Sequence record: SRR31156797_11322
DNA length: 50,570 nt
Reading direction: 5' to 3' (one strand)
The notes under the pieces were generated by a model, which saw only the letters and a program-made list of their open reading frames with translations, was not told where the DNA came from and ran no database searches. This document shows positions 48,999 through 50,570 of this stretch, piece after piece; within the stretch, counting starts at the first letter, position 1; each line of letters opens with the position of its first letter. A program made the translations under genes and the position numbers.

Positions 48999-49448
48999 TT
49001 ATCTTTTTACAGATACATTAACTGCCACAAGTCCTCTTGGTTCCTTTTGAACTTCAAAGGTTACCATATTATTAGTTGCTATTTGTTCATTAGTATTATT
49101 TATATGTACAAAATAGCTTTCATTGGTTTGAGTGTCTTTTATAAAGCCATAGCCTTTCTCATCATTGAAAAAAGTTACAACCCCCTTATGCAATTTCTCT
49201 TCTTCAGATAATTCTGCAGCTTTAGGAACACTAATTTCAATGTCATTCACATCAATTTCTTCTTTTTCTTTTGGATCAACAGGAGCATCCAATAATTCTC
49301 CATCCTGACCAACATAGGCTATCATGTCATCTAAACCAGTTTTACCTTGTTCTTTTCTAGCCTGTTTACGCTCTTCTTTAGCTTTACGCTTTTTTTCCTT
49401 TTTGTTTCTTACTTCTTTTTTACCATAAGTTTCTCGTGATCTTCCCAT
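48999..49448 (-). CDS. Cold-shock domain protein with basic N-terminal extension
   Basis: Lys/Arg-rich N terminus, MIAYV linker, GVVTFFNDEKGYGFI...YFVH. Confidence 0.88.
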   Translation of the reverse strand: MGRSRETYGKKEVRNKKEKKRKAKEERKQARKEQGKTGLDDMIAYVGQDGELLDAPVDPKEKEEIDVNDIEISVPKAAELSEEEKLHKGVVTFFNDEKGYGFIKDTQTNESYFVHINNTNEQIATNNMVTFEVQKEPRGLVAVNVSVKR

Positions 49449-49468
49449 AAATATCCTTTCGTTTAATT

Positions 49469-49508
49469 AAAAAAAATACCCATCCCTAAGCAAATTAGGA
49501 ATGGGTAA
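49469..49508 (-). terminator. Intrinsic terminator after the small cold-shock protein gene
   Basis: Minus strand TACCCATTCCTAA-tttgc-TTAGGGATGGGTA followed by a T run. Confidence 0.75.
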
Positions 49509-49527
49509 TAATATCATAAGTTTCAAC

Positions 49528-49725
49528 TTAAACAGGTTTTACTTCAACGGCCATAGGGCCTTTTTCACCTTCTTTAAGTTCAAAAGTAACTTCTTGACCT
49601 TCGTTTAAACCATCAAATCTGTTTGCAAGACCTGTGCGGTGTACAAAAACGTCTTTACCTTCTTCCATTTCGATAAAACCAAAACCTTTAGTTTCGTTAT
49701 ACCATTTTACTTTTCCTTGTGCCAT
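49528..49725 (-). CDS. CspA-family cold-shock protein
   Basis: [15 protein letters not shown] (RNP1), DVFVH (RNP2), GEKGPMA. Confidence 0.95.
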   Translation of the reverse strand: MAQGKVKWYNETKGFGFIEMEEGKDVFVHRTGLANRFDGLNEGQEVTFELKEGEKGPMAVEVKPV

Positions 49726-49736
49726 AATAATAATTA

Positions 49737-49997
49737 TTATCTATTAAAGTTTTCTTTTTTTGGACGTGCTTCATTAACAACCATTTCGCGTTTTTCGTAA
49801 ATGGCTCCGTTTAATTCTTCGATTGCTTTGTTAGCAGCAGATTGATCTTCCATTTCTACAAAACCAAATCCTTTACTTTTCCCCGAAAATTTATCCATGA
49901 TAATTTTCGCTGAAGTTACTGATCCGTAATCTTCAAAAACCTCTTTGAGGTCTGTTTCATTAACCCTGTAATTAAGGTTACCTACATAAATGTTCAT
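49737..49997 (-). CDS. RRM (RNP) RNA-binding protein
   Basis: IYVGNL (RNP2), KGFGFVEM (RNP1), VNEARP. Confidence 0.95.
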   Translation of the reverse strand: MNIYVGNLNYRVNETDLKEVFEDYGSVTSAKIIMDKFSGKSKGFGFVEMEDQSAANKAIEELNGAIYEKREMVVNEARPKKENFNR

Positions 49998-50219
49998 CGT
50001 AATAAAAAAATTAATTTGTTGTTTTTACCACAGGTAATAGGCTATGAAATACTTTGGGAGTGTTCAAATCTTGTGTGAAGTGAAAAAAGTCCTTACGCAT
50101 ATTATAGCGGTTTTACCCGCAGTTTTTTGTTAATTAAGGATTTAAAAAAGAGCGCAGACTTGAACTAATACTATAGAAATTAGAAAGAAATGCTACTATT
50201 TTAAAAATCATGTTTGGTG

Positions 50220-50227
50220 CAAAGGTA
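50220..50227 (-). promoter_or_regulatory. -7 promoter element for the RRM-CSP operon
   Basis: TACCTTTG(CA) on the minus strand about 220 bp upstream of the RRM ATG. Confidence 0.6.
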
Positions 50228-50377
50228 AACCAATTATTTGAAACAAAAAGTTTTGCGCTTAATTTTATTAAATAAAGCAGCAAAAAATAAATAATAGGGA
50301 TTTGTATAATACAGTATATAAAACATATTTTTTCAAAAAATTTATATCAAACCTTTCATCGCAAAAAAATAATGTAT

Positions 50378-50385
50378 TATATTTG
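50378..50385 (+). promoter_or_regulatory. -7 promoter element for the tRNA locus
   Basis: TATATTTG(CA). Confidence 0.6.
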
Positions 50386-50542
50386 CATCCGCGTTTACGC
50401 AAAGGTTCATTTATATACAAGAATAGCTCAGATCCGAAAAACAAAAATTTCATTTTTTTAATATTTTTCGTGAGTCCTCGAAATTTTATGAAAATTGAAA
50501 AAAATCTAAATTTCTGGATTGGTAGAGCTTAGTTATAATTAT

Positions 50543-50570
50543 GCGAGAATAGCTCAGTTGGTAGAGCACG
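50543..50570 (+). tRNA. 5' part of a tRNA, truncated by the window end; probably tRNA-Gly
   Basis: GCGAGAA TA GCTC AGTTGGTA GAGC A CG reads as acceptor strand, U8A9 and D arm. The anticodon is outside the window, so the isotype is inferred from resemblance to Gly tRNAs. Confidence 0.85.

Noticed and set aside
50268-50532. ORFs 50268..50453 (-) and 50302..50532 (+)
   Set aside because: They are AT-rich low-complexity translations across divergent promoters and the tRNA leader.
1-50570. CRISPR array, IS/transposase, integrase or prophage
   Set aside because: No regularly spaced repeats with spacers and no ORF with DDE, recombinase or phage motifs were seen.

Overview
AT-rich, gene-dense chromosomal window from a member of the Bacteroidota. 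The assignment is inferred from recurrent TAnnTTTG -7 promoter elements, a T9SS C-terminal sorting domain and Bacteroidota-type protein families. About 40 CDSs are present. Housekeeping genes include rlmD, smpB, dnaB, ispE, sdaA, clpS, a PPi-type pfk, a lipid A-type acyltransferase and an MsbA-like exporter. Signalling genes include a class III cyclase-HD fusion, a Crp/Fnr regulator, two PP2C/SpoIIE sensor phosphatases and a TPR histidine kinase/LuxR pair. The window also holds an mtnA-aldolase pair, a NahK-like kinase/GH109 pair, clpS-nfeD-floA, two convergent sulfotransferase-like paralogs, an RRM-CSP-CSD cluster and the 5' end of a tRNA at the right edge. No transposase, integrase, prophage or CRISPR array was seen. 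Five observations stand out: (1) a GT2 whose whole architecture resembles the eukaryotic queuosine-tRNA galactosyltransferase QTGAL/B3GNTL1; (2) a membrane-anchored GyrI-like protein resembling animal TEX264, inside a tightly coupled four-gene envelope-signalling operon; (3) a sensorless cyclase-HD fusion with an altered nucleobase-specificity motif; (4) a duplicated tRNA 5' arm split in its D-loop by an 87-bp insert; (5) a tail-to-tail sulfotransferase pair beside GT4/MsbA. All homology calls come from motif recognition by eye and recalled family knowledge; no searches were run.
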